From the NCBI RefSeq assembly GCF_964204645.1, contig NC_134031.1:18731910-18795909 (forward strand): 64,000 bases of DNA, in the 5' to 3' direction. Made by a program: the position numbers and the translations under genes. Within the stretch, counting starts at the first letter, position 1, and each line of letters opens with the position of its first letter. The notes under the pieces were generated by a model that saw nothing but the letters and a program-made list of their open reading frames with translations, searched no databases and had not been told where the DNA came from. Positions 24,452-37,697 of the stretch are shown one piece after another. The stretch is from Tubulanus polymorphus. Lineage: Eukaryota > Animalia > Nemertea.

Positions 24452-27400
24452 CTGAAATTAACGAAAAAATATCAAAAAATGCATTATTTTTGAATTCGTT
24501 GAAAATGTGACCCGCCGTGACAGTCAAACTAGATTATCATCATTTCCAAGGTGAATGCTGACTCTATTTGACGTGCGTGTTAAAAACTTCTCTATTCGTT
24601 TAACGGTAACTGAGTAAAAACTTGAAGATACTTTTTGAAAGCTGCCGACGACGGCACGGACCGGATATTAACCCCGATAGGTAAAATAGAAAAAACGCTC
24701 GGTGAAGCTATTAGCTCACGTGGGGGGATATAGAGGGATGACATGTATCAAATTACGCTTTACCGAGCGCGAATCAAGTTCAATTAGGTCCAAATGGAGC
24801 TAAATTGATTGCGAAATCCATCAGTAGGATTTCTTATCGAGTTCTTTTTCTTATGATGAAAATCCAGATTCCCCGAACGAGTCGTTGTTTCAATTTGACC
24901 ATATCGTGCTTAAATCAATCCACTTCCTATATTTCAAACCTGCGTCTAATTTGAACAGAGTTCAGTTAAAAACTGATTGAAAATGAACTAACTTTACGGG
25001 GTACTGGCAACGCTACTGTGGCAAGTGAGGATTCAGCGATAATCCACTAGGATTGCTAATAGCACTGGTTTACCGCACGTCAATTTTTCAACTACATTTC
25101 AAATAAATCCAAATCTAATTTTCTTATTCAATTTTCAGTGTGATCTATACCGAGCGAGAAAGTCAATCTTATATCTATCTGATGACTTGTTTGAGAATAT
25201 TCACATTTGGCATCCTAAAAATCGAATGGCGCCATCTAGCGAGTGCCGGTATCCGATTAACGGGTAAAACCTTCACCGAGAATTGTGGTACTGAATTCTG
25301 CTATCATAAATTCGCAGTTGTGAGCAAATTTCCGTCGCAGGGGTAGGGCAAGGATCGCGATATATCATAATTATCTCTCTCTCTCTCTACTGTCAATATC
25401 TACTCATATGAACATCACAATACTAATGTCTATTGTATTCAATACACCGCATAGAGCCGCATTAGTCAATAGAACCTTCTTGATTCGGCCATCAGATTCC
25501 TGCTAAAGGAGTCTTAATTAACGACTTACTTAACGATTTTCTCAATTAATCGATGTTGTATCTACAGGTCGCGTATACATAATTCATACAGGCAAATCTA
25601 CCGCGGCTAAAATAATTAGCAGTACCACGAAACCTACTGCGGCATGTGAGCTTTCCCGGGTATTGACTTGTTGAGACGTTAGTGAATGAATTGACGTCAT
25701 TTACAGAATTGCAGTTTTATAATTGTAGTTATGTGTGAAATGTGTAGAGCCCTCGACTGTAAGAGGCTTCTGTCCTGTTACTACTACATCGTCACAAACA
25801 CATGGCAGATACAACAGTAGCAACTTTCATTATCATATCAAGAGTACATTCATACGACTATTTGAAAATGTATTCGAGACCAGTCAGACCCGTGTAGTAA
25901 GGGCTTTAAATTAAGGTCATTTTCCGGTAGGATCCATTCAGCATTTTTCGGGGAAAACCAGAGAAAAATATCCGTAAAAATGTCATCTCCGGTCCGAGAT
26001 CTGGTTCATGAGAGACAAACTCGTCAACATGTCATTTTTGAATTTATGCCTCGGGTCATAATAAGAAAATAGTACATACTTCCAATCAAAATCGTGGCAT
26101 GATATTATAGGCTTTTCTAGAATGATTCAAAGTATCAAAGTGTCTCGCACTCTTTGTCATCTTCGCTCAATTCCATTCCAAAATCCAAACCCTCTCCTCG
26201 AAAAGCCACCGCCCTGATTTCAGTTTTGAGAAAAAGGTTTGCGCGATACGCCGTCATTGACAGCCGTAATTGGGGATATGAATTTAGCACGGAATTAATG
26301 ACAGTAAAAGCTTCCGAGATTGAAATAGAAACAGAAAGGAAACATTGAACATGTTTTGCTGTGACAGAACAGTAAACGCCTCTCATTTCCTCATTCTGTT
26401 TTTTTTTCTGTCATGCGCTGATGTCTTAACGCCTTTAATTTGACATTAACAGCGAACGTAGCACGTCCGCGATGACAGAGGCCATTGCGATAAAAACGAC
26501 ATTTTTTTAGGAATAAAAACTGCCTTCCCACGAAAAAATTTAGCCAACCATAATAACCAATAAAGGTCAAAGAAATAACTGATTCTTAGCAAAAACCGAG
26601 ACAAACCGACGTACTGGTTCACACGATCAATCTCTAAGGTTGTTTAACAGTTGATATTACTAATATGGTTTAACAAATAAAACTGCATTGTTACAACATT
26701 ATTCTTAAGGATCCAGTTTTGCAGTTCCCCAAGTTTATTTCCAATGGATCAAATCATAACTCTATGGAATTGTGACCTATATCTGGTGGTTAAGTTTTTA
26801 ATAATTTTCTAGCAACTGGCTCCTGGACTCCGCCAGCTTTGAAGCTGACGAACTTTTATTACGATCCTGGTCCGTTTTCCGTGACACTAATCTCTTGATT
26901 TACTTCTAACCACTTATAAACCATACAGACCGCACTTAATGATCATTCACTGTTTCATACACCGGGCTTATTGAAAACACTGAATAGAGGACCTAGATAT
27001 CTAATCGGCAATAAAATTGAGGAATTGTCGTTTTACTTCGCGCGTGAAATTCATCTAAAGATGTGATTAGATTCATAAAACAGACCGGGATTCATATCGA
27101 CCAACCCGTATTAGACCTCGGGGGGGTAACCGGAATGACCGGTCGAAATCCCGAGTTCTTTAATACCGACCGACGCGTTATTTGTATAAATAGTGTAATC
27201 TATAGCGGTGGATTGTATATTCAGCAAGTCACGCGAAAACGACGACGCGTTTGACGACGAAACGGTCGCGAATTCCCGGCACCCGTTTCTCCGTGTGACG
27301 TAACAAAGACATCTCCTCGTCGACTCGTGAGATATTATTGCATTTCAAATATCCAGACAACGCCTTTTAAAAAATTCTATTAGTTTCTATTATCACGCGA

Positions 27401-28145
27401 GAGCGTCTCGAAAACCCTTTGAAATCGAAACTCGCTCGAAAATACCGATGACTGCCGGCTTTGTTGTCGGTCGCCGCGTCGAGTTTGTGTTCATTTATGT
27501 GTGAAGGTATACTGAGTCATATAGCTCGTCAGAACGCCTTCATCAATGACTTCATCATAGGCTAGACCTCCCTCCCTACCCCACCACACCAAAAATAACA
27601 TTCACCAGTAGACAATCTGTACTCATAATTGATACTAGATGCCTCTACCAGTTGGCATTTACGTCAGCGATTAAGTGGTATTTCTTAAGATATATTTCTT
27701 AGTCAACCGTAAATTTCAACTTAATATCTATTCTCCGAGTGTTTTGAATTACTATCATTGTCATTTGTTTATTTCATACTCATGTAAAAGTGCACTGATT
27801 ACAAGTTGTAGCAGCGCGCCATATAAGGAAATGAATAATCATTATGATTAGTAAGTAATCACAGAGTCGCCTGATTCAATCTTAAATTGCGAGCTAGCAA
27901 ATGAGCAATAATTCAGATATCAGAATTCTCTTGACCCAGTTCCACAGTCAAGAATAGAATTAGACTTCAATAATTGAAATAAACTCATTTCAATCGTTTA
28001 CTTGAGACACGAGAACTTGGAATCTGATAAGAACTATGATGCAATAACCGTATTTATTACAAGTTGTTCATGACTAATCAAGTAGTTGAAATCAGCTCAT
28101 TTTTTAAATATGAACTGAATACAGTTGAATGTTGACCGTATTTAA

Positions 28146-28428
28146 CCCTTTCAGTGCGTCTACACCGCAGTGCGGTGTATAAATCAGTGATGGATTTTGC
28201 TAGTACACCGCACTGCGGTGTATTGATGTAATTAGTAATTTGTAATTATCTCTATTGAAAAATGGCAGAAAGTGTCAAACATAGTGAAATACTAGTAACT
28301 AACACCGCGCCGCAGTGTAGACGCACTATAGTGGTATTCCCATTGTTCAACACACTAGGGTGGAATTTTTTAGAATTTTCAAATTTTCTCCAGCACTATA
28401 GGGTATTAATTAGTCAGCGCTGAAAGGG
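28146..28428. mobile_element. piggyBac-like MITE
   Basis: TTAA|CCCTTTCAGTGC...GCGCTGAAAGGG|TTAA; internal 19-bp palindrome repeated three times. Confidence 0.85.
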
Positions 28429-28941
28429 TTAAAGGTGGAATCCTTATAAAATCAGTTGATGAGGTGCTGAGTATCTGTGTCGGTAATTCCAGACCTCGTT
28501 TGACGGACAATGAATAGAGATAGCTGTAAACTTCCCGTCAAACATCAAACGCTACTCCGGAAGAAAAGAAAAACATACGAGAGAGCCCCAAATGAGGAGT
28601 GAGGAACGAGGATTGAGGAAGGAGGTTAGCCAAGCAACGCTTCAATCAGTGTGTGCAGTGAAGCTTACGCCGTAAGACATCACAATCTCATCAATACATT
28701 CACGACTCGAATACTAATATATCTATCACATCTACCGCGCACAAATAATTATCATTGCTCGAAACCTTTAGAGCTAGACCTGCTAATAGCTGTATGACTG
28801 TGAGAGCTGGTACCCTCTAAATACAGGCGACTGAAGCCATGAACCCTCAACCCACTAATAGCTGTATCACTGTAGGTCTTCAACCTCTGAACATTTTAAC
28901 ACAAATACCTGGGCCTTCCTTTAATTGAAAGCCACAACACA

Positions 28942-29256
28942 CAGGGAAGAAAGTCACCATAGAAGAAAAATCCGGAAAATTAAAAGTTATACATCTGCCC
29001 GATGTTGTGAGCACCGAAGGCGCGAAGCAACCCCTGGGGGTTTTTGGGGTTTCCCCCCAAGAAAATTTTTGAAATTAAAAGCGTTTCCCTAGCACTTAAG
29101 AGCGATTGTTGTCCGGTATGCGGCGCTATTACGGCCACCGGGACCAATAAACCCTAACCCCCCTCACATTTTCTCATCGTTTTACGCTTTTCAGAAAATG
29201 ACCTTGGACTTGAAAAATCCGGAATTCTGGATAAATCCGGAAAACTTTCCTCCCTG
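28942..29256. mobile_element. hAT-like MITE
   Basis: TIR CAGGGAAGAAAGT / ACTTTCCTCCCTG; AACACA direct repeat on both sides; subterminal AAATCCGGA repeats. Confidence 0.7.
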
Positions 29257-29389
29257 AACACAGTCCAAATGGAGTGACAGATTACATCTCCAGCGTGCTG
29301 AGAGCCACTCGAGGAGATAATTGTGTAGCTTTCTCAGTTTCATTCAACAGAGATGATAGAAAACCTTTCTGAGCTGGGATAATACTTAC

Positions 29390-29479
29390 AGATTGTCCTT
29401 TTCTGTTATGAAATGTGATCCAATCTGTGTGTTTTTCACGTTTATATCGTAATAAATACTGCTCCGTATACTCTTGCCC
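29390..29479 (-). CDS. DDR: DDR exon: discoidin domain
   Basis: GQEYTEQYLLRYKREKHTDWITFHNRKGQS; tttcag / gtaagt; phases 0-0. Confidence 0.92.
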
Positions 29480-30140
29480 CTGAAAAATACGAAATAACAA
29501 AAAATCTCTTTAAATACATCTCGAAATAACCTTAAAAAACTTCTTCGATCGACACTGTCAGCAAACACTTCAATCTTTACATAGGTTTATAATAGCTGCT
29601 GATTCTAGGGCCCACCCAGTTCCAAAAAATGTTTATTTGATTCAATTTCTTCCCGAGTTCGGTATATTTGAAATGGAGGAGTCAAACCATTCGATATTTA
29701 ACTGGGTCCTCCGACAACCTTTACTCAATAAAACATACATCTAAGTCATTCACTGCGATATATAAGAAGTGATCAATTAGTGACCTTCCTCGTTAATGAA
29801 ACAAATTTATTCTCAACGCACCATTGTGCTAAATGTCTCGAAAAATACTCATCACGCTAACGACCTCGGAGAGGCGCCCGGGTTCCCGATGGGGCAGTTA
29901 TGTCCGGTGTTCGTAGATGAGACACGAGTCCAAACATTCACCCGGGGACCAGTACGCATCAGCCCGGGGACCAGTACGCTCACGTGGGGACATCTCTACA
30001 GTGATAAACACAGTCTCACGGGCGATATACCGAACCAACTCGTCTCCGCTCAACGATTAAAAACAATCAGAGATGAATTTCAACATCACGCGATGATTGC
30101 TGCTGCTGCTGCTTAATAAATAGAAACACGTCTTCTTTAA

Positions 30141-30469
30141 CCCTTTACATCCGCAGTGCGCCTAGAAACCTGTTATTACAAGTTTTCAAACGTGAAATTG
30201 GTGTACTCTTCCTAGCAGGGTCACATCAATTCACATTTTTTCATCACTTCCTCACAATTGGTTTTTCACATTTTTCACCGGGATCTTTCACATTTTTAAC
30301 ATACATTTTCGGATATTTTTCACGCCAAAATACAATATCACGGTTTTTCATGGTTTCTAGAAGATTTCCATTTTTCGTCACAATCTTTTACATTTTTCAC
30401 ATCAACCCGACCATTGTCCTCGTGAAGTTCTAATTTGATACGCGGCTGAATTTCTCGGCCAGTAAAGGG
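30141..30469. mobile_element. piggyBac-like MITE (second family)
   Basis: TTAA|CCCTTTAC...GTAAAGGG|TTAA; internal TTTCACATTTTT repeats. Confidence 0.75.
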
Positions 30470-30767
30470 TTAACGAGAGATCAAAGCGATTGAGGGGTGA
30501 CATCACCGGAGACATTGATCTAACGACGCCGGCAAGATAACAGAGATGAGAGGATGCTAATTAGTCTCAGCAGCAGCAGCAGTCGTCGTCTACGATCAAT
30601 TGAAATACATTACAAATTCATTTACGCTTTAAAAATTGAAAATAAAAACTGAATTTGAAATCAAAGGCTTCGACTGATTATCGGTTTTAAATTCTCGCTG
30701 ATGGATTTCGATCTTATTTCCATTTGAATGATTTTCATCTTGTCTCTAATGAGACTATCCAGATCTC

Positions 30768-30781
30768 CCACCAGATGGCGC
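30768..30781 (+). promoter_or_regulatory. CTCF-consensus motif
   Basis: CCACCAGATGGCGC; the identical 14-mer occurs on the minus strand at 55345-55358. Confidence 0.45.
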
Positions 30782-31534
30782 GTCAATCAGTTAGTCAGTC
30801 AGTCGTACTTTCATTTCAATCTATTTCACCATTATTTTAGCCTTCTACCGTATATTCACAATTCAGTCAAAATTTGATTTTAGCCAAATTTGGGATGAAA
30901 TTGCCAAGACCTACTTCACACTAGTGCCACCTAGTGTCACAGTAGCGCCACCTTGCTAGCACAGTAATAATGATCGCAACCCAAAGTAAATTTTGTTCAT
31001 ATAAATTCTTTCCTCAAGGGTTGTTTATGTACATGAATGTAATTATCATACTCATAGAGGATGGTCACAATTACTCGAGGAATTTCATATCGGAGAGACA
31101 GAGAGAGAGAACGAGAGCTGGGAATTAATTAAACATGATCTAGAATTACACAGAATCATCGTAGAATTGAAATCTTATCCGATTCATATGATTTCTTTGA
31201 TTTGTATTTTAGAACTCGGAACGCGTTCATTAAGGCTTCGTAGGGTTTATTTAGAGATGATCCATCGCAGTAACACTGTAGTGATGAATTATACCTGACC
31301 TGATTTCAATTTTACCCCGTGTCATTCTAAACCTGAAACTTTAGAGACGAAACCATAACTCGGATCTATCCAGTCGAATGTCCCTGTCATCAGTTCCACC
31401 GTCCTGGACAATAATTCAACTTCCAAGTTGCGTTATTATGATCCTTCATCACATCACCTCAACCCTCGATATATTGCAATCATCAGTTTTATAGATATTT
31501 CTAATTATCAATGACAAATTACGCTGGAATCAAG

Positions 31535-31850
31535 CTCTCCCTCCTTTCTCCCTCCTCTCTCTCACTCACTCTCTTTTCCCCCTTTCTTGTCTCCCTCTCT
31601 TCTCTCTTCCGCTCTCTTCTTTTTCTCTTCTCCTTCCTCTCCTCCTCTCCCTCTCCTCTCTTCCTCTGACTCCCTATTTCTCTTCTTTTCTTTCCGATCT
31701 CTCTCTCTCTTTCCTCTCCCTTTCATCTTACTCTCTTTTTCTCTTTTCTTCTCTTTCCTCTTCCCCCTCATCTCTCTCCTATGTTTATCTCTTCTCATCT
31801 CTCAACTCTCTCCCTCTCTCTCTTCCTCATTCTTTCCTCTCTCATTTCCC
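31535..31850. repeat. CT-rich low-complexity tract
   Basis: Almost purely pyrimidine. Confidence 0.9.
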
Positions 31851-32642
31851 AGTACGAGACTAATTCGTGTTAAGCCTCATTAATTTTTCTATGACGGTTA
31901 TAGTTGGCCAAATTTGTAGCGATTGAGGGGAATGAGTGAGGTGAATGAGGGTTCCTCATGAGTGTATATTGACACTCCTCAGCGCGTAGCTCACTTATAC
32001 TGCAATGCTACTCGTATGTACATGATTATTCTTTGATGTCTTCGATGGTGCCGATGTTGCCATAGTTACCATATATATTAACAGCATTCTTTTTCTGTTT
32101 GCTCTGTTGGTCTCGCGGCGTCGGGCACGGCACCGCACGGCACGGACTCAAATGGACATTTATTTCGCGACGTGGCAGCGATGAGTGATGCTATTTTACA
32201 GCGGGGGAATTTTTGCCGACATACTCCACGACGATGTGTCCCGTGTTTCTCCTGCGAGATGTACCCTGGATCGCTAATCTCTAGATTATAGAATTAACAG
32301 ATATCGCTTCGGTCTTAAAGGCTTAAAACGAAACGGTCGTAAACAATTTCGAGTTTCTAATCTCAAAATCATTAAAAACAACGACACAACTATCTGTTCA
32401 AAACATTGAACAAACTACCCTCACTATACATCGCTTCTATGGCATGTGAGTATGTTTACATTTTGCTTGAGGGTTTTATTTTATTTCTATGAAATAAATT
32501 CGAATGAATTGATGTCGAACAAAGTTTTTACAGATGCCTTGATTTTACCCTGATCTGTTAGAACCCTGGTCGTAGCGAACTGTGGCATTATAGCTTACTG
32601 TGGCAAGCAGGGATATCTGAGGATATCAGTCTAATCTGAGGT

Positions 32643-32932
32643 GAATTTAGTGAAATATGCCCAATTCTGAGTACCCTTTCAAGTATAGTACTCGGATCAT
32701 TTATACAAGGGTATGCTCAATTTTGGGTAATGTAATAGCCTTACCACGCTCAAGAGCTTGGTAACCCCGAGCAAAGCCAAGAAAACAAAATGGCCGCCAC
32801 TCATTTGAAGTTCAACCATGTTTGTTGTAATGAAAATCAACACATCTCATTTATCCGCAAAGGATACTCAAAATTGCGTACCCTATACTCATCAAGTACC
32901 ATACCCAGAATTGGGTATATTTCCATAAATTT
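32643..32932. mobile_element. foldback-type MITE with long imperfect inverted repeats
   Basis: GAAATATGCCCAATTCTGAGTA and GGGTATGCTCAATTTTGGGTA are mirrored by ATACTCAAAATTGCGTACCC and TACCCAGAATTGGGTATATTTC. Confidence 0.6.
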
Positions 32933-33006
32933 GACTTTGGTAAATATCTACTGTAGCCTAACAGTGGCAAGTGGATATTCTAATGTGTAGAAGTGACTGT
33001 TGTTAC

Positions 33007-33148
33007 CTGGCCATTGCCGAAACGGCCCTGTGTTTCGACCATCGTGATCACCATCAATCGACCTAAATCAATTTCAAGCCATTCTTCCGACTTGACGTCT
33101 ATCGTCGGTTTCGGGCACCAGGCGCCGCCGTTAATCTCCGTGCGAATT
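33007..33148 (-). CDS. DDR: DDR exon: discoidin domain
   Basis: IRTEINGGAWCPKP...WLEIDLG...VETQGRFGNGQ; canonical splice sites; phases 2-0. Confidence 0.93.
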
Positions 33149-33194
33149 CTGAAATTATAAAAACATCGAGAATATTGTTAGAAATGAAATTCAG

Positions 33195-33392
33195 ATCCCA
33201 GTTTTACAATCGTGACTCAAATCTAAAAGTGGTCGTAAATCGTAATAACCAAAACGAGCTTAGACTGGTCTCAAATTGTAAGATTGGCTGTAGAATGAAA
33301 ATGAGCTTTGTGGACTGGTGAGTTTAGACTGAGTTAGTTTTACTAGAATAGACTGGTTTAATCTAAGCCTTAACTGGGCTACAACTGGCCCC
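33195..33392. mobile_element. Harbinger-like MITE, source of the 47-bp satellite unit
   Basis: CCCAGTT...AACTGGCC ends; internal TTAGACTGGTCT motif also seen near 41015, 55880 and 61720. Confidence 0.5.
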
Positions 33393-35755
33393 TGAACTTT
33401 CTGGATTCAGTTGAACAGTAGCGTGAGGCTTACTAGGAGCGGCTGAAAGAAATTGATTAAATTCAGGCTTAAGTGATTTGAATATTGGATATTTTTATGT
33501 ATTATGTTTTATCCCATGATGTATACTGATGCTCGAACAGATTTTTTAGACTTCAAGACGGGCGGGGAACGCATCAAGATTCCTACTCGAGGATGATGTA
33601 AGCAAACATTATTGTTGACACTGGAAAACATTAGCCCAGTTTGACAGGACATCCGGCTGTATTTCTACTACAAATAGATCGGCGCGCCGTTGGATAATTC
33701 TACGGAGACCCGACACACAGTGGCTCGATCTCAGATACCAGTCAGGAAATACACACCGGAAACTCCAGCTATTGCTGTTAGATACGAGATAAGCTACCAC
33801 GACTGAAAACAACTTCCGTGCATCGTCGTCAAAGTGAATCGAACCTCATTCATGAAATAACCTAATAAAACTGGTCTTTGTTTCGTGTTGATTCGACTTC
33901 AAGGTTTTCGTTTATTCATCGTGTAGATTATTGGCAAATTGATATTTTCATCGATGATTTAGCGGAGACTCGAGATAAAGCTTAGCTCGACTACACTTAG
34001 AGGTCAGTTGCTTCAAATTGATGAAAAACCCATTTCAAAAACAGGATTGATGAGAGACCAGTGTATGACTGACTGACTGAATGCTATCGTCATGACCCTG
34101 GATCGATGAGAACCCAGTGAAACACTGACTGCTAACAAACACTTTTTAACCAGAGCCCAATACTGATGAAATACTAACTCATATCAATCTGATCAGTCTC
34201 AGTGACGAGTAGGTGATGTGTTAGCAGGAATCATCAATATTTTGCACCCATTCAGAGCAAACATGACACTGAAGTGCCTTCCCGTGAAAATATAGGTAAC
34301 AGGAAACTATGTTCCGCAGTAAATACATTATTAAATATTTAACTACACTTGACATCTTCATGAGGTATCACTTAGCAACTGTAACTAGCAAGCTGCATCT
34401 ATGCATCAATTCTCTCTATATTTGTTCAATTATCAGTTCTATCATATCCTATATTTGTAGAAAATCTAGTTGAAATGTTTCTAGGACGAGCAGTGTAACT
34501 GTGGACAGTCAGCGAACTGAGGGCGTTTCGGCGAACTGAGGGCGTTTCGGCGACTCGAGTTCAAATATGCCGAGCACGATCACGTTTTGCGTCGTATTAC
34601 CATCATAATTCACCAGATGGCGTTGACAGGGATACTCGATACTCATCGTAGAGATGATTGGAAACTGTCAATTACATCGAAAATAAACGCGCGAATCCGT
34701 CATATATAATGATATATCGGTGATATCATAAAAACCTAGCTCTCTATCTCTCTCTCTCTCTCCGCGCTTGGTCCATGAGTCCGAACTCTACACTCAATTA
34801 TTCTACGGTTTATTATCAGCGCTCATGCGGTTATTAGCTTTTTGTCGCGGTATTTTTCGCGATGTCGGCTGCGAATACGGACAGGTAAACGTCGACCGAT
34901 TGATCGAGACGCAGGATTTCAGTGAGGTGCGAGATGGAAATCGCTGGACCATAAAATCAACAGAAACCAATCATCCCCCCAACTCAATCAAAATTAAGTT
35001 CATTTTCAACTAAATTTTACCTTTTTTAAGCTTTTTAACGTTTTTTCTGCAAATTTTATAAATCTTGTCTGTTGATAAGGATAGATTTCAATTGAATCTG
35101 AGAAGAAATCATCGTTGTCGAAATATATACTAGCGCCACCTGGTAGATCCTCACTTGCGTCATCATTGTTCGTCACCTTTACGGAAAGGTTACTGGAACG
35201 CCTGACCCCAAGAAACCGGACACCGAAACAGAATATACCGAGATTCGGATTATAACATTTTGTTCTTAAAAATACGATACGCAATTTCAGCAGTTCTAAA
35301 AAAACAAGCTCCGTTCATTAAATCGATAGTTATTTCCTTCGATGTCTTGAACGTCGAACAGTCAATGAATGAACGCTATACAAATCGGTTTGTAACATAC
35401 GTAAATCAGAGGTATTTATCTCGTAACGCTCGCAGCACGCACCGAGTATCGAAATACTGGTAAAAAAAACTGTCGATATCACGAGAAAAACCCAGTGTGA
35501 AACACGACAATTCACTGTGTGCAGTATCATAATACTGTATTCATCAGAGAGGGGGGAGAGAAAAGGGGGAGAGAGAAAGAGGAGGGAGAGGGAGAGAGAG
35601 TCTGGTAAATAGTGAATACAATCAGTTCGCCTTTAGGGGGTTCCATTGATCAGGAACATTTCTCTCAATTGATAATAGAATAAATGTACATATATATATA
35701 TGCTATGTATTAGGTATGGCGGCAATTACATCAAATATGCATAGTTCAGGCTACT

Positions 35756-36440
35756 GACTACACATGAATGTCGACTAGACTAGTGACTACACATGAATGT
35801 CGACTAGACTAGTGACTACACATGAATGTCGACTAGACTAGTGACTACACATGAATGTCGACTAGACTAGTGACTACACATGAATGTCGACTAGACTAGT
35901 GACTACACATGAATGTCGACTAGACTAGTGACTACACATGAATGTCGACTAGACTAGTGACTACACATGAATGTCGACTAGACTAGTGACTACACATGAA
36001 TGTCGACTAGACTAGTGACTACACATGAATGTCGACTACACTAGTGACTACACATGAATGTCGACTAGACTAGTGACTACACATGAATGTCGACTACACT
36101 AGTGACTACACATGAATGTCGACTAGACTAGTGACTACACATGAATGTCGACTAGACTAGTGACTACACATGAATGTCGACTAGACTAGTGACTACACAT
36201 GAATGTCGACTAGACTAGTGACTACACATGAATGTCGACTACACTAGTGACTACACATGAATGTCGACTACACTAGTGACTACACATGAATGTCGACTAG
36301 ACTAGTGACTACACATGAATGTCGACTAGACTAGTGACTACACATAAATGTCAACTAGACTAGTGACTACACATGAATGTCGACTAGACTAGTGACTACA
36401 CATGAATGTCGACTAGACTAGTGACTACATAAGAGTCGAC
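35756..36440. repeat. 29-bp near-perfect minisatellite, about 23 copies
   Basis: Unit GACTACACATGAATGTCGACTAGACTAGT; no spacers. Confidence 0.97.
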
Positions 36441-36658
36441 TCACTAGAATACTAGAACAGTAAAGAAGAGTCAATCAATGGCTGAATAATATCATTGCTG
36501 ACTACACGAGTAACCTCAATGATTGCAAATGTTGGTTTTTTAATGTACAGGGGTTGAATATTTGAATATTGGACTCTACGCGCTAGACATCGATTTGGAG
36601 TCAATTTACTGGCTGTAGGAGTCAAATAATCGTGCAAGGTAGAATTCATTGCCTTCAG

Positions 36659-36766
36659 GATCCGGTCCCACAGTTGTGGGTTAGAGTTAACTCTGAGTTA
36701 AGATTAGTTCATTTTCGATGTTTTAACTCGGGGTCAAATCTTAACTGACAACTGTGGAACTGGGTC
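36659..36766. mobile_element. 108-bp Harbinger-like MITE with CAG TSD
   Basis: CAG|GATCCGGTCCCACAGTT...AACTGTGGAACTGGGTC|CAG; a same-length copy lies at 58506-58613. Confidence 0.8.
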
Positions 36767-37415
36767 CAGGAGTCATATACAGATGATAGTCAACTGACTA
36801 CACCGAATACACACTGCGAGACATCAATATACGAAAAGATGCCTCCACACCTAGCGGTTTACGATTACCAGTAACCGGCAAATAATTTCCATCTAAAATA
36901 ACAAATTGACTAATAATATATAAACTAGGGGCTAATCTTCCCATCAGTGAAACGAGATACCACTTCCATTATTTAGAACAAGACTTCACTCAGCATTCAT
37001 AACTCAATAGTCAAAGAGTCTATGATTAGCGCCAATTACTAAATGATTTTAACATTATTTGATAATGGTGATTCATACGTAAAAGAGCTCTCGCCGAAAA
37101 AACTTCCCCCTGATTTCTAATTGTTATCGCCGACGGCAACGCGAGATCAGGCGGAACTGCGTCGGTAAATAGCTGAACTTTCCTGACGACTAGTTCAACG
37201 AATTTACGTCAATTTAAAAATGTCCACGGGGACCGGCGGAAAATTGGTGCGAACGAAAACCTAATTACATCAATTGTCGGCAACAAGTTCGCAGAAAGTG
37301 ACTCCGAGAATTCTGAACACGTTGTTAAAATATCGTCGTACTTCAATTTCTGCTAGAAATCTCAGCTTTATCTAGAAACTGACCTTGAGACTTCGGATTA
37401 TCTTAGAACTCATTA

Positions 37416-37697
37416 CAGTGGAACTGGATCCATAACCAAATCAAACCCACGCAACTGTGGATCTGGATCCAGAGTTAAATTAAACCCACGCAACTGTGTA
37501 TCTGCATCTAGAGTCAAACCCACACAACGATGGAACTGGGTCCAGAGTCAAGTCAAACCCACACCACTGTGGAACTGGATCCCGAGTCAAATTAAACCCA
37601 CACAACTGTGGAACTGGATCCAGAGTTAAATCAAACCCACACAACTGTGGATCTGGATCTTGAGTCAAATTGAACCCACACTGCGGAACTAGGTCAG
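37416..37697 (+). repeat. 39-bp minisatellite derived from MITE end + TSD
   Basis: About 7 units of CAGAGTYAAATCAAACCCACACAACTGTGGAACTGGATC; related arrays at about 57670-57810 and 59779-59890. Confidence 0.85.

Noticed and set aside
35756-36440. CRISPR-like 29-bp repeat array
   Set aside because: Head-to-tail units without unique spacers, eukaryotic intron context, no cas genes.
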